A stretch of DNA of 63,338 bases, counting the filler, from Actinomycetota bacterium (GTDB lineage Bacteria > Actinomycetota > Actinomycetes > JAKEEW01), in assembly GCA_046725875.1 (NCBI GenBank). It is 6 parts of 6 records of this genome, joined end to end, with 100 filler letters (N's around TTAATTAATTAA, not from the genome) between each part and the next. Parts side by side here need not be neighbours in the genome. Positions count along the whole stretch, not along the records: positions 1 to 16,506 come from JBKOZJ010000140.1; 5 more parts are not named here. One strand, 5' to 3'. The position numbers and the translations under genes were made by a program. Positions 1 through 12,216 of the stretch are shown one piece after another. The notes beneath the pieces are model-generated. The model was given only the letters and a program-made list of their open reading frames with translations. It searched no databases and was not told the origin of the DNA. Positions within the stretch are counted from its first letter, which is position 1. Each line of letters opens with the position of its first letter.

Positions 1-1
1 G

Positions 2-484
2 GCTGGTGCATGGGAGTCGGTCAGGGACCTTGAGCACGTTGATGCCGAGGGGGACCGTCCCGACGCCGGCGCGCGGCGCGGTTCGGCGAAGCCAGACTGC
101 GTCCTGCTTGTGCCGATCCCGTCCGGGCGGGCTGCGGTCCGGGCTCGCGGTCATGATCCGATGGCGAGCATAGCCAGGACGGCCGCCAAGCAGCTGCGCC
201 GGGCTGGGGTTCCGGCCGTACGTCTCGCTGTTCTGGCCCAGGCAAGGATGGTGCGCGACCAGGCCGGGCTGTCCGCCGAAGCCAGGGCCGGCAACCTCGC
301 CGGCGCGCTTGTCGTACGGAAGGCCCGGGCGCCGCTGGTATGCGATCGCCGGGTCGTGCTGGTCGACGACATCATCACGACCGGTACCACCCTCGCCGAG
401 GCGGCAAGATCGCTAAGAACCGTGGGGGCCGAGCCGGTTGCCGCGGCAGTGATCGCCGCCACCCAACGTCACATACCGCTCTAA
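2..484 (+). CDS. comF: ComF family amidophosphoribosyltransferase-like protein, 5'-partial
   Basis: Frame is open from base 2; VPIPS..RARGHDP and PRT motif VVLVDDIITTGTTL; usual position upstream of hpf. Confidence 0.9.
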   Translation, partial: AGAWESVRDLEHVDAEGDRPDAGARRGSAKPDCVLLVPIPSGRAAVRARGHDPMASIARTAAKQLRRAGVPAVRLAVLAQARMVRDQAGLSAEARAGNLAGALVVRKARAPLVCDRRVVLVDDIITTGTTLAEAARSLRTVGAEPVAAAVIAATQRHIPL

Positions 485-519
485 TTGGAACCCCTCTGGC
501 CGTTGTGCAAAGTTGCGGT

Positions 520-525
520 TAACGT
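520..525 (+). promoter_or_regulatory. Putative -10 element (TAACGT) for the raiA RNA/hpf transcript
   Basis: TANNNT hexamer about 8 nt upstream of the RNA's closing stem. Confidence 0.45.
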
Positions 526-532
526 CGCGGGT

Positions 533-802
533 ATGGCACCCGCCCGGGTCCGTGGTTGCGTCGGGTCAGCCCGCCGGCAAGGCGAGGTGCGATCCGGCAA
601 GCCGATGCCAGCCGCAGGCAAAGCGGTCCACGTAAGGCGACTTCTCGTCGACCGATCACGGTGCGGCTTAGAGGTAAGTCCTGCCCCGGCGGAGGTCCCG
701 ATGTCCTCTATCCCGGGAGAAGGGGGGTAGTGGCCGAGGCGCCGCGAGACCCTCAGCAGGCGGATGTGGGGTCGAAGACCAGGTCGGCCGGGCGGGTGCT
801 GC
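533..802 (+). ncRNA. raiA motif RNA
   Basis: Conserved blocks GTGGTTG, CGATGCCAGCCGCAGGCAAAGCGGTCCACGTAAG, GGTGCGGCTTAGAGGTAAGTCCTGCC and CAGCAGGCGGATGTGGGGTCGAAGACCAGGTC; closing stem 535-547 pairs with 788-800; lies between comF and hpf. Confidence 0.92.
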
Positions 803-827
803 CGAACGGGGATACGAGGAGGTTGCT

Positions 828-1481
828 TTGGACATCGTCGTGAAGGGCCGACGCACGGAGGTCCCCGAGAGGTTCCGCGAGCACGCGGCGGAAAAGCTGG
901 CCAAGCTCGGCAAGCTCGACGGCAAGGTCATTGCCCTCGACGTGGAGCTCTCGAAGGAGCGCAACCGCCGCCAGTCCCAGAACAAGGACCGGATCGAAAT
1001 CACCTGCCGCTCCCGAGGACCGGTAATCCGGGCCGAAGCATGCGCCGACGACCCGTATGCGGCGCTCGACCTCGCCTTCGCGAAGATGGAGATGCGGCTG
1101 CGCCGAGCCGCCGACCGCCGCCGCATCCACCGTGGCCGGCACACGCCGGTGTCGGTGGCTGCTGCCACCGCGACCCTCTCCGAGATGAATGGGCGCGATG
1201 CGGCCGAAGCCAACGCGGCTCCGACTCGCGAGCCCGAGCCGGCGAGCGCGACGAAGCACGCCGGGCCCATCAAGGTGGAAGGCGACGGGCCGCTGGTCGT
1301 GCGGGAGAAGCTCCACCGCGCCCGCCCAATGACACTCGACCAGGCCCTGTACGAGATGGAACTGGTCGGGCACGACTTCTACCTCTTCGTGGACTCCGAC
1401 GCGAAGCTGCCGAGCGTGGTCTACCGCCGCCGCGGCTACGACTACGGGGTGATCCGGCTCGCCGTGGACACCGCCGCCTGA
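828..1481 (+). CDS. hpf: Ribosome hibernation promoting factor (long HPF/RaiA)
   Basis: MDIVVKGR start (TTG after GGAGG); C-terminal MTLDQALYEMELVGHDFYLF..VVYRRRGYDYGVIRL. Confidence 0.96.
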   Translation: MDIVVKGRRTEVPERFREHAAEKLAKLGKLDGKVIALDVELSKERNRRQSQNKDRIEITCRSRGPVIRAEACADDPYAALDLAFAKMEMRLRRAADRRRIHRGRHTPVSVAAATATLSEMNGRDAAEANAAPTREPEPASATKHAGPIKVEGDGPLVVREKLHRARPMTLDQALYEMELVGHDFYLFVDSDAKLPSVVYRRRGYDYGVIRLAVDTAA

Positions 1482-1679
1482 CCCCGCCGCCCGATTGCGC
1501 AGCCTTGCCGAGTGACGCATCCCTGCGTAGTTCGTGTCATGATTTCCCGGGCGGGTGGTCGCGAGCCACCTGCGCGGTCATCTGCTCGCAACCGGTGCTC
1601 GGGAGCCATGGCGGTGAAGGAACGTTCCTCGGTCGGACTCGCTGGTTTGCCAGTTCAGCAAGCCAGCGGGCTGCCGGAC

Positions 1680-2396
1680 ATGGCCGAGGCGCCCGACGCG
1701 GCTCGTCATCCTGGCGAGGCCGCCGAGCCGATCAAGGTGCTCGTGGTCGACGACCATGTCTTGTTCCGGCGCGGCCTGGAGGTAGTGCTCTCCCAGGAGC
1801 CGGACATCCTTCTCGTCGGCGAGGCGGCCGACGGTGCCGAGGCGGTTGAGCAGGCGGCGGAGCTTTTGCCCGATATCGTCCTGCTCGACGTGCGCATGCC
1901 GCGCCGAGGCGGCATCGAGGCATGCGCGGCGATCAAGGAGGTCGTACCGACCACCCGGATCATCATGCTGACGATCAGTGACGACGAGGCCGATCTCTAC
2001 GACGCCGTCAAGGCCGGTGCCAGCGGCTACCTGCTGAAGGAGATCTCCATAGACGAAGTCTCCGCGGCGGTCCGGGCGGTGGCCGGTGGGCAGTCGCTGA
2101 TCAGCCCGTCGATGGCGTCGAAGCTGCTTACCGAGTTCGCGTCGATGATCAAGAAGTCGGGCGACACTCAGCAGATCCCCGCGCCGCGCCTCACTCGGCG
2201 CGAGATCGAGGTGCTGAGATTCGTGGCTCGCGGAATGAACAATCGCGAGATCGGTTCGACGCTGTTCATCAGCGAGAACACCGTGAAGAACCACATCCGC
2301 AACATCCTGGAGAAGCTGCAGTTGCACTCCAGGATGGAGGCCGTGATGTATGCCGTGCGGGAGAAGATTCTCGACATCCCCGCGGCCGAGGAGTAG
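1680..2396 (+). CDS. Orphan NarL/LuxR-family response regulator
   Basis: REC domain (VVDDH, LLDVRMP, GASGYLLK) and HTH LFISENTVKNHIRNILEKL; start uncertain. Confidence 0.92.
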   Translation: MAEAPDAARHPGEAAEPIKVLVVDDHVLFRRGLEVVLSQEPDILLVGEAADGAEAVEQAAELLPDIVLLDVRMPRRGGIEACAAIKEVVPTTRIIMLTISDDEADLYDAVKAGASGYLLKEISIDEVSAAVRAVAGGQSLISPSMASKLLTEFASMIKKSGDTQQIPAPRLTRREIEVLRFVARGMNNREIGSTLFISENTVKNHIRNILEKLQLHSRMEAVMYAVREKILDIPAAEE

Positions 2397-2412
2397 GTCC
2401 TCTCCGGTTGGA

Positions 2413-3786
2413 TCAGGGGTGGTCCGACACCAGCTGTTGGAGCGCCCGGGCAGCGCCTCCCGGGGTAACCCGCTCTACCCGTACTGAATCGCAGCCCACC
2501 CACCCGGCGGCCTCGCGCAGGGCTTGCGCCATCGGCTCGAGGGCCGTTGGCGTCTCCAGGGAGAGCTGCCGCGCGACGAGCGTGCGCCCTTCGCGCTTTG
2601 GATCGACCCGGCCGACCAAGCGACCGCCGGCGAGCAGCGGCATGGCGTAATAACCATGCTCGCGCTGACGGGCCGGCTTATATGCCTCGATGGCGTGCGC
2701 CCAACCGAAGATCCGAGCCGTCCGGCGCCGTTCCCAAATCAGGGAGTCGAACGGAGACAGGAGCGTCGTCCGGTGCCGGCCGCGGGGTTCCCCGGCGAGG
2801 GCCATCGGATCGGCCCAGGCGAGCCCCGGCCGCCGGCGTCCCCGAACACCATTACGCCGCGACTCGCCGTACTCGCCGCCGTCCTTCCGGCTGCCTGATC
2901 GCCGCTGGTTGGGCGGGTCGGTGCCGTTCCTGCCCCAACCCTCGACCTCGATCGGGACGAGCCCGCTCGCCTCGAGCGCCGCCTCGACTTGGTCGAGCTT
3001 GAGCCGGTAATAGTCGGCCAGATCGGCGAGTGCGGCGACACCCATCGCCTCCCCCGCCAGGCGAACGAGCCGGGCCACGCATTCGTCGTCCGACGGTTGC
3101 TGAGCGACCAGGTGGGGCGGCACGGCCCGCTCGGCGAGGTCGTATATGCGCCGCCAGCCACGCCGCTCGACGCAGACCACCTCGCCTGTGTCGAGCAACC
3201 ACTCGACCGCGACCTTCACATCCGACCAGTCCCACCAAGGCCCGCCGCGTTTGGCTCCGCCAAGGTCGGTCGCGCTAAGCGGCCCCTCATCTCGCAGCCG
3301 GCCAAGGATCTTCTGAACCGTCGCAACGGGAAGCTCGGTCACCCCGCCCCAGCCACGCCACCCGCGCTCGCGATTGTGCCGGCGGCGGAATTCGAACCAC
3401 GGCCACTCTTCGATCGGCAGCACACACGCGGCGTGCGCCCAGAACTCGAACGTTGGCGCCGGGCGCTCGTTGCTCCAATACGCCGCCTCGACGGCGGCCC
3501 GGCCGACCTCGCCGAGGCGGGCGTAGGCGACAAGCTCGTGCGAGCGGGCCAGAACGGAGATCGTGTCTAGTTGGATGGCGCCAAGCCGCCGCAGCACGCC
3601 ACGGGGTCCGGCCCGCCGGTCCGGGACGCCGAGGAAGCCTTGCGCTCGCAGCGCCAACCTGCGTGCCTCGTCCGCCGAGAGTGAGGTGACGGGCGGCGGA
3701 GCCGGGCGCCCGCGGACCCCGCGGCCGGGCACTGGCCCCAGCGCGTCCTCGGAGCCGCCCGGCGAGGGCCCCACCGACCTTGGCAT
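2413..3786 (-). CDS. YcaQ/AlkZ-like (HTH_42) winged-helix DNA crosslink glycosylase
   Basis: QxD motif AIQLDTISVLARSH, EFWAHAAC, LLSPFDSLIW, GYYAMPLL..GRVDPK. Confidence 0.85.
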   Translation of the reverse strand: MPRSVGPSPGGSEDALGPVPGRGVRGRPAPPPVTSLSADEARRLALRAQGFLGVPDRRAGPRGVLRRLGAIQLDTISVLARSHELVAYARLGEVGRAAVEAAYWSNERPAPTFEFWAHAACVLPIEEWPWFEFRRRHNRERGWRGWGGVTELPVATVQKILGRLRDEGPLSATDLGGAKRGGPWWDWSDVKVAVEWLLDTGEVVCVERRGWRRIYDLAERAVPPHLVAQQPSDDECVARLVRLAGEAMGVAALADLADYYRLKLDQVEAALEASGLVPIEVEGWGRNGTDPPNQRRSGSRKDGGEYGESRRNGVRGRRRPGLAWADPMALAGEPRGRHRTTLLSPFDSLIWERRRTARIFGWAHAIEAYKPARQREHGYYAMPLLAGGRLVGRVDPKREGRTLVARQLSLETPTALEPMAQALREAAGWVGCDSVRVERVTPGGAARALQQLVSDHP

Positions 3787-3870
3787 GTGGCGAGCCTACG
3801 GGGGTGCGCTGACATACCGAGCCGATGATCGTTTGTTGTTGCCCCGGCATGAGCGGGTCCGCAAGGTTAC

Positions 3871-4449
3871 TCAGTGGCCTGGGTTGACGGTGGCGTGCAG
3901 CTCCATGTCCCACCAACCACCGTCGGCCGCGGGCAACGAGGACCGCATGACGCCCTCGGCGGCGTACCCGGCCTTCTCGGCTACCCGGCACGACGGCGTG
4001 TTCTCGACCGCGTGACTGAGCTGCAGCCGGTGGAAGCCGACCGCCTCGAAGCCCCAGCGGGTGATCGCGATCAGCGCGCTCGATGCGACCCCGCGCCGGC
4101 GCGCCCATGGTGCGGTCCAGTAGCCGACCCAGGCGGAGGCGGTGAAGGTGTCGATATGCATGACCGTTATGTCGCCGAGCAACTCCCCGCCGCTCGCCTC
4201 GTGGGCGGCCAGGCAGTACTTCTTCCCCGCCAGCCAATCCGCGTTCCGCTTGTCGATCCACTCCCGGGCGCTGTCCAGGTCCGTCGGGCCGGGCACCGGC
4301 GACCACCGGGCGACCTCTGGGTCGGTAAGGCCCTCGAGTACGAGCGGCGCCAGCGCGCGGTCCCACGCACGGAGGCGGAGCCGGCCGGCCGCGATCTCGA
4401 TCGGCTCCGGTGGCAGGCGGAGTGCGACCGGACCAGCACCTTCGTTCAC
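3871..4449 (-). CDS. RimJ/RimL-type GNAT N-acetyltransferase
   Basis: VGYWTAPWARRRGVAS, NTPSCRVAEKAGY..EG. Confidence 0.88.
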   Translation of the reverse strand: MNEGAGPVALRLPPEPIEIAAGRLRLRAWDRALAPLVLEGLTDPEVARWSPVPGPTDLDSAREWIDKRNADWLAGKKYCLAAHEASGGELLGDITVMHIDTFTASAWVGYWTAPWARRRGVASSALIAITRWGFEAVGFHRLQLSHAVENTPSCRVAEKAGYAAEGVMRSSLPAADGGWWDMELHATVNPGH

Positions 4450-4633
4450 AGGCCAACATCCAACCCGCACCGACCGCCGGCCGGCCACCCGGCTCGCCGT
4501 CCGTCCCTGAGCCACCCGCGTCTTGCCGCGTCACCGACGTGAACTGCGGGACCATGTCGCGTGGAGCGCCGTCGATGACCTCGGCCGCACCGTATGTCAG
4601 CGCACGAGCTATCGGGTGAGCGCAGGAGTTGAC

Positions 4634-5452
4634 GTGACCGAGGATGCGACAGGCGGCCCGCGCGGGACCGTCCTCATAACCGGGGCAGCCGGCGGAGTCG
4701 GCACGTTCCTGCGTCGCGGACTGCCCCTGCTTGGGTGGCGGCTGCGATCGCTCGATCGGATGGAGATCATCGATCCAAGTCCGGAGGAAGAGACCGTTGT
4801 CGCCGACATCACCGATCCGGACGCCATGGCCGCCGCCATGCCGGGCGCGGTCGCCGTCGTTCACCTCGCGGCGATCCCCACCGAGGCGCCGTTTCCGGAC
4901 ATCTGCGAGGTCAACATCAGGGGGACCCACCATGTCTTCGACGCGGCCCGCCGCGCCGGCGTGCCGCGGATCGTGTACGCAAGCAGCAACCACGCGGTCG
5001 GCTTCACGCCACGCCAGCCGCTGGTGCCAGTGGACACACCGATCCGGCCCGACACGTACTACGGGGTGTCGAAGGTGTTCGGCGAGGCGCTCGGCCGGTT
5101 CTACGTGGACCGCTTTGGAATGCGGGTCGCCTGCCTTCGGATTGGATCCTGCTTCGACCGCCCCCGCAGCACGCGCATGCTTGATATCTGGCTCAGTCCG
5201 GGCGACCTGGTCCGCCTCACCCACGCCTGCCTCACCGCGCCGAACCTGGCCTACGCCGTCGTGTGGGGTATCTCGGCGAACACCCGCGGCTGGTGGGACC
5301 TGCGACCGGGGTGGGAGCTCGGGTACGAGCCGCGCGACGACTCCGAGGTGTACGCAGCCGAGGTGCTTGCTGCCGCCGGCGGGGAGCCCGATCCGAGTGA
5401 TCCGGAACACGCGCTGCTGGGTGGAGCGTTCACTGAGATGACTCCGGGATAA
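4634..5452 (+). CDS. NAD-dependent epimerase/dehydratase (uronate dehydrogenase-like)
   Basis: TGAAGGVG, YASSNHAVGF, PDTYYGVSK; GTG start after AGGAG. Confidence 0.85.
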   Translation: MTEDATGGPRGTVLITGAAGGVGTFLRRGLPLLGWRLRSLDRMEIIDPSPEEETVVADITDPDAMAAAMPGAVAVVHLAAIPTEAPFPDICEVNIRGTHHVFDAARRAGVPRIVYASSNHAVGFTPRQPLVPVDTPIRPDTYYGVSKVFGEALGRFYVDRFGMRVACLRIGSCFDRPRSTRMLDIWLSPGDLVRLTHACLTAPNLAYAVVWGISANTRGWWDLRPGWELGYEPRDDSEVYAAEVLAAAGGEPDPSDPEHALLGGAFTEMTPG

Positions 5453-5626
5453 AGATCCGCAGACAAGATCTTGATCTCGGATGGGGAGCCGACCGTGGTC
5501 AGCACGTACGATGGCGTAACGACGAACACTCGCTTCCTAGGCGCGAGCCCGGAGGCTCGCCCGATACGCGCTCCGGGATGACGCTGAGCGCGACCGCGGA
5601 CAGATCCGGCAAGGAGCCCGACCAGA

Positions 5627-8542
<2,916 letters not shown>

Positions 8543-8597
8543 CGGGCGCGGCGGACCCTGGTCCTAAGGCGGCAGCTGGTGCCACCTATAGAGGTGG

Positions 8598-9212
8598 TCA
8601 GCCCATGTCGACGGCGGTACAAACCCATCGACCGCCCCGACCCTCCGCCCGCAGTGCCACCGCTGTACCCCGCCCGTTGATCCAGAGGTGGGCGCTGATC
8701 TCGGCGACACTATCGGCGGGCTCGGTGACGTGAACCGAGCGGACGAGGATCCGGGTGCCCCGTTCTCTGGTCATGGCGCTGCTGCGGTTCGACCGGCTGC
8801 TGGATCGCCGGTCATGCAGGCGGCGTCGCCAGGCGGCCCGCCGAAGATCGGTATTGGCCGGCTCGGTCAGCCATGCCGCCAGTTGCCTTGGCGGTCTGGC
8901 CCCCACAAGTACCTCGGCGACTCCGCGCGCAAGCTGCCGCGCCCACGGAACGGGATCGCAGAGCTCGTCCCGTGGTGTGGCTCGCCACGCTGGTGCCAGG
9001 TCGAGATCGGTTTCGGGCTCGGTCCGGTTGCCGAGGTATCGGAGCGGCGAATACAGATTTACCGGGCGCACGCTCCGGGCCGGGAAGGCGAGCGGTAGCG
9101 GCGGCTGGGTGTGGACGGGGTCACGCTGGGTGTCCCAGCCGTGGTCATCGAATGGTGGCTCCGCCGGCCGGAGTGGCAGCAGGCGCGGCCGGCTCACCTG
9201 AGCAGCGAGCAT
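8598..9212 (-). CDS. Rv3235-family hypothetical protein
   Basis: AEPPFDD, EVLVGARPPRQLAAW, AVALRAE...RWVCTAVDMG; convergent with secA; own RBS GGAGG. Confidence 0.8.
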   Translation of the reverse strand: MLAAQVSRPRLLPLRPAEPPFDDHGWDTQRDPVHTQPPLPLAFPARSVRPVNLYSPLRYLGNRTEPETDLDLAPAWRATPRDELCDPVPWARQLARGVAEVLVGARPPRQLAAWLTEPANTDLRRAAWRRRLHDRRSSSRSNRSSAMTRERGTRILVRSVHVTEPADSVAEISAHLWINGRGTAVALRAEGRGGRWVCTAVDMG

Positions 9213-9291
9213 TTGGCAGGTCCTCCAAGGTCGAGCCCGCTGTGCTGCCGGCTTCGTCGAGCGGTGGCAGGCCCGCGAGCGATTAGCAGGG

Positions 9292-10056
9292 TCATGCGTC
9301 GGGCGGCAGCAGGCGCTGCCCGGGAAAGATGAGGTCCGGGTTGCTGCCGATCAGCTCCCGGTTCTTGGCATACCAGCGCGGCCACTCAGCGGCGATCTCC
9401 GGGTTCGTTGCGTTCGTGCCCAGCCGGGCAGCGGCGATGTCCCACAACGTGTCCCCTCGGACCACCATGACCGCGGACCGGCCCTGTCCAGACGACGTGG
9501 ACGTGTCGGGGAGGCCGGGACCACCGGGCTCGCCCGGCACTCCGGGGGACGACCCCGTGGAGGGACCGCGCGGGGAGGTGGGGACTGCTGCCGTGGGGCT
9601 GGCCGGGGACCCGGCGGACACCGGGCGGTCGAGATCGGGCAGCGGACCGGTGGCGGGGGTAGTGGCCGGAGCAACCGGCGACCCCGTATCGGCTGAGGCC
9701 GGCATGGCGGTGCCCGCCACCCCGCAGCTCACGATGCACGCGCCGACGAGGAAGCGGGCGGCGCGCCGAACGCTCACTGGCACAATGTGCGCGGACAGCC
9801 GGTCCAAACCGGTTCCGGCGGCGCTGGGCAATGCGGCCAACGCCGCGACAACGAAGCCAGCGACGAGCCACAGCAGCGCGATCCAGGCGCCGCATGCGGC
9901 CGCGAGGCCAACGAGGGCATCGAAGCTCGGCGCCTCCCGTACTTCTGCGAGCACACCCAGAGTTGCCCAGTTCAGCCCGCCAATTCCAACGGCGAGCCCC
10001 CCGATCGCCGCAATGGCAGCGCCCGCCGCGCGGACCAGGAGCGTCAGTCGTTCCAT
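9292..10056 (-). CDS. Membrane-anchored LysM peptidoglycan-binding protein
   Basis: N-terminal hydrophobic helices, Pro-rich linker, VVRGDTLWDIAA..WPRWYAKNRELIGSNPDLIFPGQRL; RBS AAGGAG. Confidence 0.88.
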   Translation of the reverse strand: MERLTLLVRAAGAAIAAIGGLAVGIGGLNWATLGVLAEVREAPSFDALVGLAAACGAWIALLWLVAGFVVAALAALPSAAGTGLDRLSAHIVPVSVRRAARFLVGACIVSCGVAGTAMPASADTGSPVAPATTPATGPLPDLDRPVSAGSPASPTAAVPTSPRGPSTGSSPGVPGEPGGPGLPDTSTSSGQGRSAVMVVRGDTLWDIAAARLGTNATNPEIAAEWPRWYAKNRELIGSNPDLIFPGQRLLPPDA

Positions 10057-10083
10057 GCTGCGGTCTCTCCTTGCAGTTACTGC

Positions 10084-10113
10084 TGTTTGCTTACGTTTCC
10101 TTTTACTAGCCTC
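10084..10113 (-). promoter_or_regulatory. 10-bp-periodic operator-like motif upstream of the LysM gene
   Basis: Gene-sense GAGGCTAGTAAAAGGAAACGTAAGCAAACA; 21/30 identical to 12951-12980. Confidence 0.6.
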
Positions 10114-10253
10114 CGGCTGACTCGTCAAGACTGTGGAGTGCGTCCAATATCCGAAGCTGGAGGTGGTGCCGCCGCTGTGGACACATCGAGAGCAGGAGCG
10201 GCACTGACGTGAGATGCCGAGTTGAGGGCGCTCGAACCGAGTAGCGTCAGGCC

Positions 10254-10814
10254 GTGCGCTGGGACGAGCTCTTCGCCGATCTCGAAGCGCAGTTCCACGA
10301 GCTGGGCATCGCCGAGCTCGAGGCCGAGATCGCGGAACGTACCCGGGTCGAGCTGTCCCGTATCCGGCTGGTCGACCGGCTGCGGGCAACGGTCGGACGG
10401 ACTGTCTCTGCCAAGATCCGCGGGCTGCCCGCGCCGGTCACCGGACGTCTGGACCGGGTTGGCACGGACTGGCTGCTTCTCACTGATGAGGCTGGTATTG
10501 AAGTCGTGGTGAACCTGACCATGGTCAGTAACCTGGGCGGCGAGGTGTCTCGCCGCGCCGACGATCCGCTAGCCGCAGGCGTCTCGGCGCGGCTTGGCCT
10601 CGCTCATGTCCTGCGTGGAATCGCACGGGACCGAGCGGCCGTGGCCGTCGCTCTTTCGGATGGACGGCAGATGACCGGCACCGTCGACCGGGTCGGCGCT
10701 GACCACGTGGATTTCGCCGAGCATGAAGCAGACGTACCACGGCGGGATACTGACGTCCGCGGCGTTTGGGTCATCCCGTTCGCAGCCGTGTCTACGGTGC
10801 GCCGCTGCGGTTGA
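10254..10814 (+). CDS. Conserved actinobacterial hypothetical protein with two Sm/LSm-like repeats
   Basis: MRWDELFADLEAQ start; internal repeat TGRLDRVGTDWLLL / TGTVDRVGADHVDF. Confidence 0.8.
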   Translation: MRWDELFADLEAQFHELGIAELEAEIAERTRVELSRIRLVDRLRATVGRTVSAKIRGLPAPVTGRLDRVGTDWLLLTDEAGIEVVVNLTMVSNLGGEVSRRADDPLAAGVSARLGLAHVLRGIARDRAAVAVALSDGRQMTGTVDRVGADHVDFAEHEADVPRRDTDVRGVWVIPFAAVSTVRRCG

Positions 10815-10830
10815 ACCCGACGTAGCGCCG

Positions 10831-12216
10831 CTACGCGGACTCGCTGCGGCCCTGCCGGATCGACACCCGTTTCGCCCCTCGCCAGTGGCGACTAAATCGT
10901 CGCCCTCCTGGCCGGCGCCGTCCGTGAGCGGCCATCCGCACATCTGCTAGTTGTGCCGCCAGCTCGCGCATGGCGGTCCGCGCGGGGCAGGACGGTGCGG
11001 CCTCGGCGAGGGTCTTCCCCGCGGCGACCGCCGCCGCGCAAGCCTCTCGGTCGTACGGAATCGTGGCGAACGGGGCGATTCCGGTGTGCTCGTATACGAC
11101 GTCGCGGACCTCCCGCGCCGCCCGTCGATCGGCCAGCGACGACTTGGGCAGGCCGTTCAGGACGACTCGGATCGTGACGGCGGGCAAGGCCTCGCGCAAC
11201 TCGTCCAGGGCGTGCACCAGCCGAATGATGCCGAGCGGGTCGGCCCTGCCGACGACCACCACGACGTCGGCGGACTCGAGGGTCATCACCGTCACGCCGT
11301 TGCGGCGCGGTGCCGCGGTATCGAACACGATCTCCTCGTCCTGCTCGATGCAGAAGCCGGTGTCGACCACCGTTATGGTGGCTAGGCTGCGGCAGCCGTC
11401 CCAGACCTCCGCGACCGTGGGCACCCGGAGCTCCGGCCATCGGCCAGCGCGGCCGATGCCCGTAAGTACTCGCAGCCGGGGCTCCACGGTTCGGGCCGCC
11501 ATGGCGAGCTGTGCTGTCGTCAGCCGGCCGTTGCCGGCGAGCCGGGCGGCCGCCATCAGTCCCGGAGCCTCGTCGAGCAGACCAAGCGCCGGTGCGATGG
11601 TGCCGCCGTAGACGTCGGCATCGGCAAGGAGCGTCTCGACGCCCAGCCGGGCCAGCTCACTGGCGATCCCGATGGCAACGGTTGTCCGACCCGGTGCTCC
11701 GGTCGGTCCCCAGACGGCGAGCAACCGGCCGCGGGCCGTCTCCGCGGACTTCGCGGACGGATCCGAGCCGGCAGTAAGAGAGTGCTGCCGTGGTCCGGGC
11801 ACGGCAGGCGAGTCGAGTGCCCCGGCGGCCTTCGCGATCGCGGTGAGGAGTGCGTCCGTGGGCACATCCGAGCCGACCACGACGGGGATGCCGAGCGATC
11901 GCGCGGTCTCCCCTTCAGAGATCGACCCGGCAGTGACGATCGCGACGACCGGTACCCCGCTCCCGGCCAGTCGATGCAGGGCCGCGCGGTCGAGCCGCCG
12001 CAGCCCCGGCCACACGAGTGCCGCCGTTACGACGGTCGTCGTTCCCGTCGCGACCAGGTCGGCAACATCGACACAGCGGCGCAGGACGCTCGGCCCCACC
12101 GGGTCGGCGCCGAGCGCGGCCACGAAATCCGACTCCCAAGCTGCTCCCGTAGCGGCCACAAGTACGGAAGGCCGTCCCGATAGCGGCCCGCGACCGCCAA
12201 CATCCGCCGTGGTCAT
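10831..12216 (-). CDS. CpaE/MinD/ParA-like ATPase with a degenerate N-terminal receiver-like domain
   Basis: Deviant Walker A WGPTGAPGRTT, LLADADVYGG, VVDTGF, VVLN, IPYD. Confidence 0.82.
   Translation of the reverse strand: MTTADVGGRGPLSGRPSVLVAATGAAWESDFVAALGADPVGPSVLRRCVDVADLVATGTTTVVTAALVWPGLRRLDRAALHRLAGSGVPVVAIVTAGSISEGETARSLGIPVVVGSDVPTDALLTAIAKAAGALDSPAVPGPRQHSLTAGSDPSAKSAETARGRLLAVWGPTGAPGRTTVAIGIASELARLGVETLLADADVYGGTIAPALGLLDEAPGLMAAARLAGNGRLTTAQLAMAARTVEPRLRVLTGIGRAGRWPELRVPTVAEVWDGCRSLATITVVDTGFCIEQDEEIVFDTAAPRRNGVTVMTLESADVVVVVGRADPLGIIRLVHALDELREALPAVTIRVVLNGLPKSSLADRRAAREVRDVVYEHTGIAPFATIPYDREACAAAVAAGKTLAEAAPSCPARTAMRELAAQLADVRMAAHGRRRPGGRRFSRHWRGAKRVSIRQGRSESA

Noticed and set aside
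485..843. Short ORFs 485-730 and 556-843
   Set aside because: They overlap the raiA RNA and show no protein motifs
3287..5410. 707-aa minus-strand ORF and many other long antisense or alternate-frame ORFs
   Set aside because: Shadow ORFs of high-GC genes; Arg/Gly/Pro-rich with no motifs
9194..9295. ATGA overlap at the LysM stop suggesting a frameshifted Rv3235-like start
   Set aside because: The Rv3235-like gene has its own GGAGG RBS and ATG at 9212
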